This document shows positions 10,746-19,917 of a stretch of 64,000 bases of DNA, in pieces. A program made the position numbers and the translations under genes. The DNA comes from an uncultured delta proteobacterium. GTDB lineage: Bacteria; Myxococcota; Myxococcia; SLRQ01. Within the stretch, counting starts at the first letter, position 1; every line of letters begins with the position of its first letter. The notes beneath the pieces are model-generated. The model had not been told where the DNA came from. It saw only the letters and a list, made by a program, of their open reading frames with translations, and did not search any database. The stretch is taken from assembly GCA_963727485.1 (NCBI GenBank), contig CAVSGM010000011.1, positions 864,001 to 928,000 of the forward strand, read 5' to 3'.

Positions 10746-11870
10746 TCAGGCGCCCTCGATGAGCTCGACGTTGGCCCGGGGGATCACCGCCGACTCGCCG
10801 TCCTCGAAGGTCACCTCGAGGACGCGGACCTCGGTCTCCGACGCCATCTTCACCAGGGCGTGGGGCAGGGCGGAGACGGTGCCGATGCGCCCGAAGTAGG
10901 GGTGGCGGATGCAGCGGATGAGGCTGCCCACCTCGATGCCCTTGATCTCCTCGGTGCCGTCGCCGTCCGCGGACTTCTCGGGGTGGGGGATGACGACCTC
11001 GGGGCGGATGACGCCGGCGCGGATCTGGGTGGCGCCGTTGATGGAGGCGATGTCGCCCTGGTGGGCGGTGAGGAGGGCGTGGGTGCGCCCGGCCATGGCG
11101 ATGTGGCCGAAGCCCTCGGTGATGATGAGGGTGGTGGGGATCTGCTCGCCGCCGGTGATGGCGACGCCGACCTCGTAGCCGAGGAGCGCCTTGATGTCGT
11201 GGTAGTCGAAGCCGCCGACGATGACGCCCTTGGCGCCGACCTCGAAGGCGGCCTTGAGGGCGTCGAGGGTGGCGAAGGCGCCGCCGACCACGATCTTGCC
11301 GGCGCAGCGGCCGTCGAAGTCGCCGGGCTCGAGGACGGCGTCCGGGGACTGGCTCACGACCAGGATCTCGCCCTGGCGCTCGCCGCCGAGGCCGAAGATG
11401 CCCTGGATGAAGGTCGCCGGGGTGGTGACCACCACGCCCTCGCGCTCGAGGATCTCGGTGACCGTCCCGTCGACGTAGGCGCTGACCTCGACGGGGGTCG
11501 GCTTCTCCCGGAGCATCACCTGGCCGGTGACCTTGGAGATGCTGTCCACGGTGCCGTCGATGGGCGAGACCACCCGGCCCTTGAACAGGCCCCAGATCCC
11601 CGGGGTCTCGGCGAAGACCTGGCCCTTCTCCACGGTCTCGCCCTCCTTGCGGAGCATCCGGCTGGGGACCTCCTCGGGGAGGACGCCGAGGGCGTTGGCG
11701 ACGTTGGAGGGGAAGACCTTGCCGGGGAGCTCGGTGCGGGCGACGACGTCGGCGGCGCGGACCGAGGCGCCGACGTCCACGGTGACCTCGCCGAGGAGCG
11801 GCAGGCGCCGGGTCTTCTTGACCACGGCGTGCTCGGTGACCTTGAGGCCGGGGGTGAAGGCGTGGGCCAT
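10746..11870 (-). CDS. hypothetical partner of the GlmL-like gene (barrel-sandwich-hybrid-like segments, C-terminal KOW/SH3-like)
   Basis: Clean 374-aa ORF 3 bp downstream of the glmL-like gene; KEGETVEKGQVFA...SPIDGTV; GSLIRCIRHPYFGRIGTV. Confidence 0.75.
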   Translation of the reverse strand: MAHAFTPGLKVTEHAVVKKTRRLPLLGEVTVDVGASVRAADVVARTELPGKVFPSNVANALGVLPEEVPSRMLRKEGETVEKGQVFAETPGIWGLFKGRVVSPIDGTVDSISKVTGQVMLREKPTPVEVSAYVDGTVTEILEREGVVVTTPATFIQGIFGLGGERQGEILVVSQSPDAVLEPGDFDGRCAGKIVVGGAFATLDALKAAFEVGAKGVIVGGFDYHDIKALLGYEVGVAITGGEQIPTTLIITEGFGHIAMAGRTHALLTAHQGDIASINGATQIRAGVIRPEVVIPHPEKSADGDGTEEIKGIEVGSLIRCIRHPYFGRIGTVSALPHALVKMASETEVRVLEVTFEDGESAVIPRANVELIEGA

Positions 11871-11873
11871 GGG

Positions 11874-13716
11874 CTACTCCGGGTAGACCTCGAGGGGGGC
11901 GTTCCAGGCCTCGAGGCGGGCGGTGCGCTGCTCGGTGGGGACGACGAGGGGGCGGCCGCGGCCGTCGGTCACCAGGCCCACCACGCCGCCGTTGATCTCA
12001 CGCTCCAGCGGCTGTCCCATCCCGGCGCCGACGTCGACCTTGCGCTCGGGGGTGACGGTGATGCGGGTCTTCTCGCCGGGGTCGTAGGGGAGCTCGAAGC
12101 GGCGGACCTCGCCGACGAGGATGTCGCACTCGCCGGCGGCGCCGCCGGGACCGGTCCAGGAGAGGTGGGCCAGCTTGTCGCCGTCGCGGACCCGGCCCTT
12201 GCGGACCACCGGGGCCACCACGGTCCCCAGGCGGATGAGGCAGTCCTTCTCGAAGACGTCGGTGGCGGCCTTCTCGTTCACCGTGGAGAGCACGCCGAGG
12301 TGCGGCATCATGAAGATGCTGTCGACGGCGAGCTCGGTGACGCCCTCGGGCATGAAGGCGTCGATCATCATCATGAACGACTGGGTCCGGCGCGGCGCGT
12401 GGGAGAGCACCCCGCCGGAGCCGATGATCAGGTCGAGGTCCATCATCTTCATCAGCGACGCGCCGGAGGCGTTCTGGTCGAAGGCGTCGGAGACGGTGCG
12501 CTCGGTCTGCACGCCCTTGAGGCCGACGGCGAACTCCTTGTGCTGGATGAAGGCCAGCCGCAGGGCCTCGCGGGCGATGGCCTGCTCGATCTTCAGCTCC
12601 TCCAGGGTCTGGGGGAGGTGGTCGGGCGGATCATCTTGTTGCCGATGCGGTTTCGCAGCTCGGCCTCGTCGATGTCGAAGGGCACCCAGCGCAGGATGCT
12701 CGGCAGCCCCGCCTCGGCCAGCACGTTGGACACCGAGTAGCTCATGCCCAGGTTCGCGGAGACGGTGCGGTTGAAGGTGCCGCCGAAGACGCTGAACACG
12801 TCGGTGGTGGCGCCGCCGATGTCCACCCCGGCGACGTTGATGCCCTCGCGCTTGGCGATGGCCTGCATGATGAGGCCGACCGCCCCCGGGGTGGGCATGA
12901 TGGGCGCGTCGGTCCAGCTCATGAGCTTCTTGTAGCCCGGCGCCTGGGCCATCACGTGCTCCATGAACAGGTCGTGGATCTCGTCGCGGGCCGGGCCGAG
13001 GTTCTCCTCCTCGAGGCGCGGGCGCAGGTTGTCCACCACTGAGAGGTCGGTCTTCTCGCCGAGGATGCGCTCGACCTCGCCCCGGGCCTTCCTGTTGCCG
13101 GCGAAGATCACCGGGAGATCGAAGCCGACGCCCAGGCGCGGCCTCGGGGTTGGCGGCGGCGAAGAGCTCGGCCAGCTCGACCACGTGCGAGACGGTGCCG
13201 CCGTCGATGCCGCCGGCGAGCAGGATCATGTCCGGGCGCAGCTGGCGGATGCGCTCGATCTGCTCGTGGGGCGGCCGCTCGTCGTTGGAGGCGATGGCGT
13301 CCATGACGATGGCGCCGGCGCCGAGGGCGGCCCGGGCCGCGCACTCGGCGGTCATGGAGCGCACCACCCCGACGACCATCATCTGCAGGCCCCCGCCGGC
13401 GGAGCTGGTGGAGATGTAGATGTCCACGCCCGTCGTCGCCGGTCTGGGGCCGCTGGATGAAGCCGTCCGTCGCCCAGGAGCGTCCGGCCCCGGACAGCTC
13501 CTCGACCTCCTGGGCTGGAGTTGAGGACGCCGAGGGTGACGTCCTCGAAGGGGGCCTCGACGGTGGTCGGGGCCTCGCCGCGGGTCACCAGCCGGTAGGT
13601 CCCGTCGACCTGCGCTCGATGAGGATCGCCTTGGTCGTGGTGGAGCCGCAGTCGGTGGCGAGCACGGAGCGGATGTCGGTGAGGTCCCGATCGCTGCCAG
13701 GGGCGCCCTCGGGCAT
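11874..13716 (-). CDS. glutamate mutase L (GlmL/MutL)-like ASKHA ATPase, several frameshifts (about 13610, 13520-13430, 13140, 12620)
   Basis: DCGSTTTKAIL, TRGEAPTTVEAP, STSSAGGGL, LAGGIDGG, MPTPGAV, DIGGATTDVFS, NRTVSANLGMSYS and IGSGGVLSHAP are spread across frames. Confidence 0.8.
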
Positions 13717-13831
13717 GGAAACCTCCAGGATGTGCAATACTTACGAGTTCGCGGAAGCTAGCCCGCGGTGACCATCCGGGTCAAGGCGGCGGGCGCGCCG
13801 TCCTTGCCGCCGGGGCCGGCGTCTCCGTAAA

Positions 13832-16093
13832 GTGCCGGCGGGTGTGACCTTGTCCACGGGATACGGCAGATACCGGCTTCTCCAGTGCCTCGCTCGCGGG
13901 GGCATGGCGGAGATCTGGCTGGCGCAGGACCGCGGCCCCGACGGGCCGCGGCTGGTGGTGGTCAAGCGCATCCTCCCCGGCCTCGCCGACCGGCGGGACC
14001 TCGCCGAGATGTTCCTCGACGAGGCCCAGCTCGCCGCCCACCTCGACCACCCCAACGTGGTGAAGATCTTCGAGCATGGCGAGCTCGACGGGGACTCGTT
14101 CATCGCCATGGAGCTCATCGAGGGGGAGAACCTGCGCACGGTGGTGCGCCGGGCGGTGGCGGCCGGACGCCCGGGGATGCCCCTGCCCCTGGCGGTGAAG
14201 GCCATCGCCGACTCGGCCCGCGGCCTCCACCACGCCCACAGCCGGGTCGACGCCGACGGCCGGCCGCTGGGGATCATCCACCGGGACGTGAGCCCCCAGA
14301 ACCTCCTGGTCAGCTACACCGGCCGGGTGAAGGTGGTGGACTTCGGCATCGCCAAGGCGGCGACGTCGCTCACCGAGACCCGCACCGGGGTCCTCAAGGG
14401 CAAGTACCCCTACATGAGCCCCGAGCAGGTCATGGGTCGGAAGATCGACGCCCGGTCCGACCTCTTCTCGCTCGGGGTGGTGCTCTGGGAGCTGGTGTGC
14501 GGCGACCGGCTCTACCGCCAGTCCACCGACTTCCTGGTGATGCAGGCCATCGTCAAGGAGCCGCCGCCGCCGCCGTCGACGGTCCGCGACGACGTCCCCC
14601 GGGCCCTCGACGCCCTGGTGGTGCGGGCGCTCGCCAAGGATCCCCGCGACCGCTTCCCCTCGAGCGAGGCCTTCGCCCGGGCCCTCGACGCCTTCCTCGA
14701 GCGCAGCGGCGAGGCGGTCACCGAGGGGGACCTCGCGGCGTTCATGCACGAGCTGCTCCCCGACCGCATCGCCGTGTGGGAGAAGGTCCTCTCCGAGGCC
14801 GCCGAGGCCGACCCCTCCCAGGGGCTCCTCGACGAGCTCGCCGCCGGGGGCGGGGCGACGCCGGCGGCGGGGTCCCAGCTCCTCTCGAGCCGGAGCGGGA
14901 GCCGGTCCGGGAGCAAGAGCGGCTCGGGCCTCGGCTCGGGACCGGCGACCCCACCCCTCGCCGAGGCGGCCCCGGGGCCCGAGCGCACCAGCGCCACCGT
15001 GGCCCTGCGCAAGCCCGCGCCCGGGGCGCCCTCGAGCCGTCCGCCGCCCCTGCCGTCCCTGCCGTCCCTGTCGCTCCCGGACGACGACCTCCCGGGCACC
15101 CGTGCAGCGCCGCCCCCGGGGCTCCCCCGGGAGGCCCCGCCCATGGACGACCTGGAGACCCGGGCGTCGGTGCGGGGTGGGGCGGCCGCGGCCCGGGCTC
15201 CGGCCTCGCCGCCGTCGGTGGAGGTGGCCCCGGACGCCGGGGCGCCCGCGGCCGCCGACGCGCCGGTGGACGCGCGCCTCGCGGTGCCCCCCGAGGAGGT
15301 CGACGACGCCTCCACCGTCGCCGCCCGGGCCGCCCCCGAGGCGCCCACCGCCGCGGTCCCTCCGCCCGCGGCCCCGGCGGCCCCCGAGGCGCCCGGCCCC
15401 GGCGACGACGCGGGCATGCCCCTCACCGCCCCGCCCGCCGAGCCCCCGGCGCCGCCCAAGGGGATGCTCCGGGAGGCCCCCCAGGCGAAGCCCGACCGCC
15501 CCTCGTTCTCCGAGCGCCGGGCCGACCGGAAGGCCGAGAAGGCCGCGGCCAAGCGGGAGAAGCAGCTCGCCCGCGTCGCCGCCCGGCAGGCCCGGCGCGC
15601 CCGGGACCCGGCGCCGCCGCCGGCCGCGGCGAAGGCCCCGCGGAGGCCGTCGAAGAAGCGGGCGCCGGCGCGGGTCACCGCCGGGGGCACCGAGGTCCTC
15701 CGGAAGGCCGCCACGCCCCTGGTGTGGGTGGGCCGCCTCGCCGTCGCCGCGGCGACCATCGGCCTCATCATCTGGATCGCCCAGGGGGTGGCCCACGACA
15801 AGGGCCTCGACCAGCACCCCGACAAGCTCGTCGATCCCCTGGTGACCGCGGTGCAGAAGCTCGCCGGGGTGGGGGGCCCGGGGACCCTCCGCGTCGACTC
15901 CCGGCCCGAGGGCGCCACCGTGCGCGTCGACGGCCAGGTCCTCGGACACACGCCGGTCCACCAGGACTACGCGCCCCGGGCCGACCGGGTGCGGGTGGAG
16001 ATCACCAAGCGCGGCTATCGCACCTGGCGCGGCGAGATCGTCCACGCCAAGCAGGGGATCCAGGTCGACGCCCACCTGGTGCGCCGGCGTTGA
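13832..16093 (+). CDS. Hanks-type Ser/Thr protein kinase with Pro/Ala linker, TM helix and C-terminal PEGA domain
   Basis: LARGGMAEIW, VVKRI, HRDVSPQN, DFGIAK, YMSPEQ, DLFSLG; LRVDSRPEGATVRVDG...GHTP. Confidence 0.93.
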   Translation: MPAGVTLSTGYGRYRLLQCLARGGMAEIWLAQDRGPDGPRLVVVKRILPGLADRRDLAEMFLDEAQLAAHLDHPNVVKIFEHGELDGDSFIAMELIEGENLRTVVRRAVAAGRPGMPLPLAVKAIADSARGLHHAHSRVDADGRPLGIIHRDVSPQNLLVSYTGRVKVVDFGIAKAATSLTETRTGVLKGKYPYMSPEQVMGRKIDARSDLFSLGVVLWELVCGDRLYRQSTDFLVMQAIVKEPPPPPSTVRDDVPRALDALVVRALAKDPRDRFPSSEAFARALDAFLERSGEAVTEGDLAAFMHELLPDRIAVWEKVLSEAAEADPSQGLLDELAAGGGATPAAGSQLLSSRSGSRSGSKSGSGLGSGPATPPLAEAAPGPERTSATVALRKPAPGAPSSRPPPLPSLPSLSLPDDDLPGTRAAPPPGLPREAPPMDDLETRASVRGGAAAARAPASPPSVEVAPDAGAPAAADAPVDARLAVPPEEVDDASTVAARAAPEAPTAAVPPPAAPAAPEAPGPGDDAGMPLTAPPAEPPAPPKGMLREAPQAKPDRPSFSERRADRKAEKAAAKREKQLARVAARQARRARDPAPPPAAAKAPRRPSKKRAPARVTAGGTEVLRKAATPLVWVGRLAVAAATIGLIIWIAQGVAHDKGLDQHPDKLVDPLVTAVQKLAGVGGPGTLRVDSRPEGATVRVDGQVLGHTPVHQDYAPRADRVRVEITKRGYRTWRGEIVHAKQGIQVDAHLVRRR

Positions 16094-16111
16094 CCACACG
16101 CGGCGAATTTC

Positions 16112-16140
16112 TTTACCGCGGGATCCGCGCCGGCTACGAT
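16112..16140 (+). promoter_or_regulatory. sigma70-like promoter with no convincing downstream + strand CDS
   Basis: TTTACC-N17-TACGAT. Confidence 0.4.
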
Positions 16141-16146
16141 CCGTAG

Positions 16147-16285
16147 GTGAGAGGGAACGGGGCGGCACGGCGTATCACCTGAACCCGTGATGCCCGCGCC
16201 GCCCGCGCCCTCCGAGCCGCAAGCCCGACGGCCCTGGCCCGGGCCACCGACTCCATCCGCCCGGGGGCGCGGGGCACCGCCGCTC
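16147..16285 (+). ncRNA. candidate structured small RNA (alternatively a bidirectional terminator hairpin)
   Basis: Long imperfect hairpin 16151-16212 (GAGGG/CCCTC, GGGCGGC/GCCGCCC, GTATCAC/GTGATGC, loop CTGAACCC) directly after the promoter-like element; 3' end uncertain. Confidence 0.3.
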
Positions 16286-16289
16286 CCGC

Positions 16290-16643
16290 CTAGGGTCCCT
16301 CGGGCCCGTCGTCGCCCTTCGACGGGGGCGCCTCCTCGGCCGCGCCCTTCGGCGGCACCTTCGCCGGCGGCGGCGCGTCCACCGCGTCCTCGATGCGCCG
16401 GGCCAACCGCTCCAGGGCCTCCTTGCGTTCCAGGAGGTGGGCGACGCGTCCGTAGCCGGGCCCGCCGTAGAACACCCCCACCAGGGGCTGGAAGAAGTAG
16501 AGGAGCTGGCTGCCCACGAACTCCAGGGGCTTGAAGGTCTCGAGGAGGAAGATCGCCGGGACCTCGAGGCGCCGGCGCACCACCTCGGTGGCGATGCGGT
16601 CGAGGAGGGCCTCGTCCTCGGGGGTCAGGGGCTCACGGGCCAT
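16290..16643 (-). CDS. small hypothetical protein
   Basis: MAREPLTPEDEALLDRIA...RRLEVPAIFLLETFKPLEFVGSQ; start overlaps the upstream gene stop. Confidence 0.75.
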   Translation of the reverse strand: MAREPLTPEDEALLDRIATEVVRRRLEVPAIFLLETFKPLEFVGSQLLYFFQPLVGVFYGGPGYGRVAHLLERKEALERLARRIEDAVDAPPPAKVPPKGAAEEAPPSKGDDGPEGP

Positions 16644-17169
16644 CGCGGTCTCCGTCGTCGGGCGCGCCGGGCGGGGCGTCTGCCGAGTCCGGCGCCGGCG
16701 CATCCTCCCGCGTCGCCGCCTCCGCGTCCATCCGCCGGCGCAGCTCCGCCATCACCTCGGCGCGGTTGGCCCCGCCCTCGGCGAAGACCACGAAGATCCC
16801 CCGGGGCCCGTCCAGGGGCGAGGGCCGGCGAAACGGCGAGAGCAGGACCCCCTCCCGGGCCTCGCGCAGCCGGCGCACCTCGGACCAGGGGCGGTGCTGC
16901 CTGGCCCCGAGGAAGGTCACGTGGACCCCCGCGTCGTCGAGGACGAAGCGCGTGGGGAACAGGAACCGCCCGGTGGCGGCGACCAGGAGGAAGGCGCCGA
17001 TCACCGCCAGCCAGGGGCTCTCCCAGACCACCGACAGGGCCCCCTCCACCGCCAGCACCACCGCCAGGAGCAGCACCCCACGCCAGGGGTGGTCCCGGAG
17101 GGGGTGGACGGTCCACCCGAGGCCCGGGCTCGGGGGGGCTTCGGCATTGTTGACCGGGGGACTGGGCAC
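16633..17169 (-). CDS. hypothetical membrane protein (2 TM helices plus a PH-like beta domain); start uncertain
   Basis: WTVHP, two hydrophobic helices, FLFPTRFVLDDAGV...RPWSEVRR. Confidence 0.7.
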   Translation of the reverse strand: MPSPPVNNAEAPPSPGLGWTVHPLRDHPWRGVLLLAVVLAVEGALSVVWESPWLAVIGAFLLVAATGRFLFPTRFVLDDAGVHVTFLGARQHRPWSEVRRLREAREGVLLSPFRRPSPLDGPRGIFVVFAEGGANRAEVMAELRRRMDAEAATREDAPAPDSADAPPGAPDDGDRDGP

Positions 17170-17206
17170 CGTTACGCTCACGCTCGACTTTACAGGGGTT
17201 TTTCCG

Positions 17207-18100
17207 TTGCCACGCCTCGTCGCCTTCTCCAAGTACCACGGCCTGGGGAACGACTTCCTGGTCATCGACCGCCGCCACGGCGACGTGCCCATGGACTCGG
17301 GCCTCGCCATGCGCCTCTGCGACCGCCACCGCGGCGTCGGGGCCGATGGCGTGCTCTCGGTGCTGCCCCCCACCACCGAGGGCGCCGACCTGCGGATGGT
17401 GGTGCACAACGCCGACGGAAGCGAGCCGGAGACCTGCGGCAACGGCATCCGCTGCGTGGCCTGGTTCGCCGGGCGCAGGCTCCCCGAGCACGCCGGGGCC
17501 GCGCAGCTGCGCATCGAGACCGGCGCCGGCGTCGTCGTCTGCGATCTCGAGGGCGACGACCCCGACACCGGCGTCGTCCGCGTGGACATGGGCCGCCCGC
17601 GCCTCGAGGCCAAGGAGGTCGGCGTCGCCGATCCCCTGCCCACCCGGGGCCGGATCGTCGACGCGCCCTTCATCCTCGGGGGCCGGCAGGTGAGGCTCAC
17701 CGCCGTGTCCATGGGCAACCCCCACGCGGTCATCTTCGAGGGCGCCCGCCCCGACGACGCCCCGGTCCTCGGCGCCGGCCTCGAGCACCACCCGGCCTTC
17801 CCCGAGGGCGTCAACGCCGGCTTCGCCCGGGCCGACTCGAAGACCGAGCTCACCCTGGTGGTCTGGGAGCGGGGCTGCGGCATCACCCAGGCCTGCGGCA
17901 CCGGCGCCTGCGCCGCCGCCGTCGCCGGGGTCGCCACCGGGCGCCTCGAGGCCGGGGTCCCGGTCCGGGTCCACCTCCCCGGCGGCGACCTCGCCATCGA
18001 GGTGGCCAAGGACCTCTCGCGGGTGCACATGGCGGGCCCGGTGGTCCGGGTCTACGACGGCGAGCTGGAGCTCGATCGCTTCGTCCGGGGCACCCCGTGA
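17207..18100 (+). CDS. dapF: diaminopimelate epimerase
   Basis: FSKYHGLGNDF, GVGADG, NADGSEPETCGNGIRC, SMGNPH, ERGCGITQACGTGA; TTG start. Confidence 0.96.
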   Translation: MPRLVAFSKYHGLGNDFLVIDRRHGDVPMDSGLAMRLCDRHRGVGADGVLSVLPPTTEGADLRMVVHNADGSEPETCGNGIRCVAWFAGRRLPEHAGAAQLRIETGAGVVVCDLEGDDPDTGVVRVDMGRPRLEAKEVGVADPLPTRGRIVDAPFILGGRQVRLTAVSMGNPHAVIFEGARPDDAPVLGAGLEHHPAFPEGVNAGFARADSKTELTLVVWERGCGITQACGTGACAAAVAGVATGRLEAGVPVRVHLPGGDLAIEVAKDLSRVHMAGPVVRVYDGELELDRFVRGTP

Positions 18101-19917
18101 GGGTGATGGTCGTCGACGACGAGCGGTTCTTCCGGGAGCTCTACACCGACGCCCTCGACCGGAGCACCGATCTCCAGATCGAGGCCTTCGGATCCGCCGA
18201 GGAGGCGCTCGCCCGCTTCGACCAGGGGGGCATCGACGCGGTGGTCTCCGACCTGGTGATGCCCGGCATGGGCGGCCTCGCCTTCGTCGCCGCCCTGCGC
18301 GATCGCGACCCGGACCTGCCGCTGGTCGTCGTCACCCAGCGCGAGGACGTGCGCCCGGCCGTCGAGGCCCTGCGCCTCGGGGTCAACGAGTACCTCCTCA
18401 AGCCGGTGGACCGGGAGATGCTGGTGGTCGCCGTGGAGCGGGCCGTGGAGGACACCGCGGTGCGCCGGGACCACCGGCGCCTCCAGGCCGCCCAGGCCGA
18501 GCACCTGCGCTCCGAGGAGGTCTACCGCGCCTGCCTCGACCTCCTCGACATCCTCGACGTCGACCAGCTCCAGGACCGGATCCTCGCCACCCTCACCCGC
18601 CTCACCGGCACCCAGGGTGCGGCCCTGTGGCTGGGCGACGGCCGGGGCGCCTATGCCCTCAAGGCCTTCAGCGGGGTCATCGACCAGGCCGCCGTCCCCG
18701 GCGCCCTCGACCTCGACGCCGACACCGCCCTGGCCCTGCGCCTCCGGGATCAGGCCGCCCACGTGGAGCAGGGCGCCGCCCTCTACCTGCCGCTGATCTC
18801 CGGGGGGCGGATCCTGGCGGTGGCGCTGGCGAGCGACAAGGTCGCCGGCGACTTCACCGACACCGACGTGGCGCTGGCCCGCACCGTGGGCGACTTCGCC
18901 GCCGTGGCCCTGCGCAACGCCCTGCGGGTCACCGGGCTGCAGAAGGTCGGCCTCCGGGACCGGGAGACCGCGGCCTACAACATCACCTACTTCATCGACT
19001 ACGCGGGCAAGGAGATCTACAAGGCCCGCCGCTACGGGCGGACCTTCAGCCTGGTGACCCTCCAGGTGGACAACCTCCACCTCCTCAAGCGCACCCTCTC
19101 CAACGAGGCCACGCGCACCGTGCACCGGGCCCTGGTCTCGGCGGTGCAGCGGGTGATCCGCGACTCGGACATCCTCGCCAAGGTCACCGACGACACCTTC
19201 TACCTGCTCCTCCCCGAGACCGACTTCTTCGGGGCCCTGATGTTCACCCGCCGGGCGCTCTCGGCCTTCGCCGCGGCCCCGGGGATAGCCAGGCTCTCGG
19301 TGCCCCCCTCGGTGGTCGTCGGCGCCGCCACCTACCCCCGGGACGGCGACGACTTCGACGATCTCCTCCAGGTCTGCCGCGCCCGGATGGACGAGGTGCG
19401 CCGGAGCCCCTACCGCCGCCTCCACCTCGAGGACGAGCCGTTCTGGGACCTGGTCGACACCCTGCTCCAGACCCCGGTGTCCGCCGTGGAGGAGGGCACG
19501 GCGGGCCGGCGCCTCGCCGCCATCCCGCCGCTCTTCGACACCATCCTCGCCGCCGCCGCCGTGGAGCTCCAGGCCGATCCCACCGCCCGGGGCCTGGTCT
19601 ACTACGGCGCCGGGGAGGTGGCCCCCGAGCTCCCACTCCTCGCCGCCCTCGACCCCACCCGCGAGGGGGCGGCCCGGGTCTACCTCCTGGGCCGCGCCGT
19701 CGAGGGGGGCCTCGACCACCCGGCGGTCACCGCGGTGCCCCTCCCCGACGAGGCCCGCCTCGACGGCCACCGCTTCCTCCTCTACCTCACCGAGCGCGCC
19801 GCCTACGCCTGGCTCGAGCAGGACGACGGGCTGGCCTACCACACCTCCGACGCCACCCTGGTGGAGGCCCTCGTGGCCCGCCTCCAGGAGGCCTACGACC
19901 TCCAGCGGCAGTACTGA
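18097..19917 (+). CDS. REC-GAF-degenerate GGDEF response regulator with an extra C-terminal domain
   Basis: VMVVDD, SDLVMP, LKP receiver motifs; DRETAAYN; RDSDILAKVTDDTF has an I-site but no GGDEF; GTGA overlap with dapF. Confidence 0.85.
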   Translation: MRVMVVDDERFFRELYTDALDRSTDLQIEAFGSAEEALARFDQGGIDAVVSDLVMPGMGGLAFVAALRDRDPDLPLVVVTQREDVRPAVEALRLGVNEYLLKPVDREMLVVAVERAVEDTAVRRDHRRLQAAQAEHLRSEEVYRACLDLLDILDVDQLQDRILATLTRLTGTQGAALWLGDGRGAYALKAFSGVIDQAAVPGALDLDADTALALRLRDQAAHVEQGAALYLPLISGGRILAVALASDKVAGDFTDTDVALARTVGDFAAVALRNALRVTGLQKVGLRDRETAAYNITYFIDYAGKEIYKARRYGRTFSLVTLQVDNLHLLKRTLSNEATRTVHRALVSAVQRVIRDSDILAKVTDDTFYLLLPETDFFGALMFTRRALSAFAAAPGIARLSVPPSVVVGAATYPRDGDDFDDLLQVCRARMDEVRRSPYRRLHLEDEPFWDLVDTLLQTPVSAVEEGTAGRRLAAIPPLFDTILAAAAVELQADPTARGLVYYGAGEVAPELPLLAALDPTREGAARVYLLGRAVEGGLDHPAVTAVPLPDEARLDGHRFLLYLTERAAYAWLEQDDGLAYHTSDATLVEALVARLQEAYDLQRQY

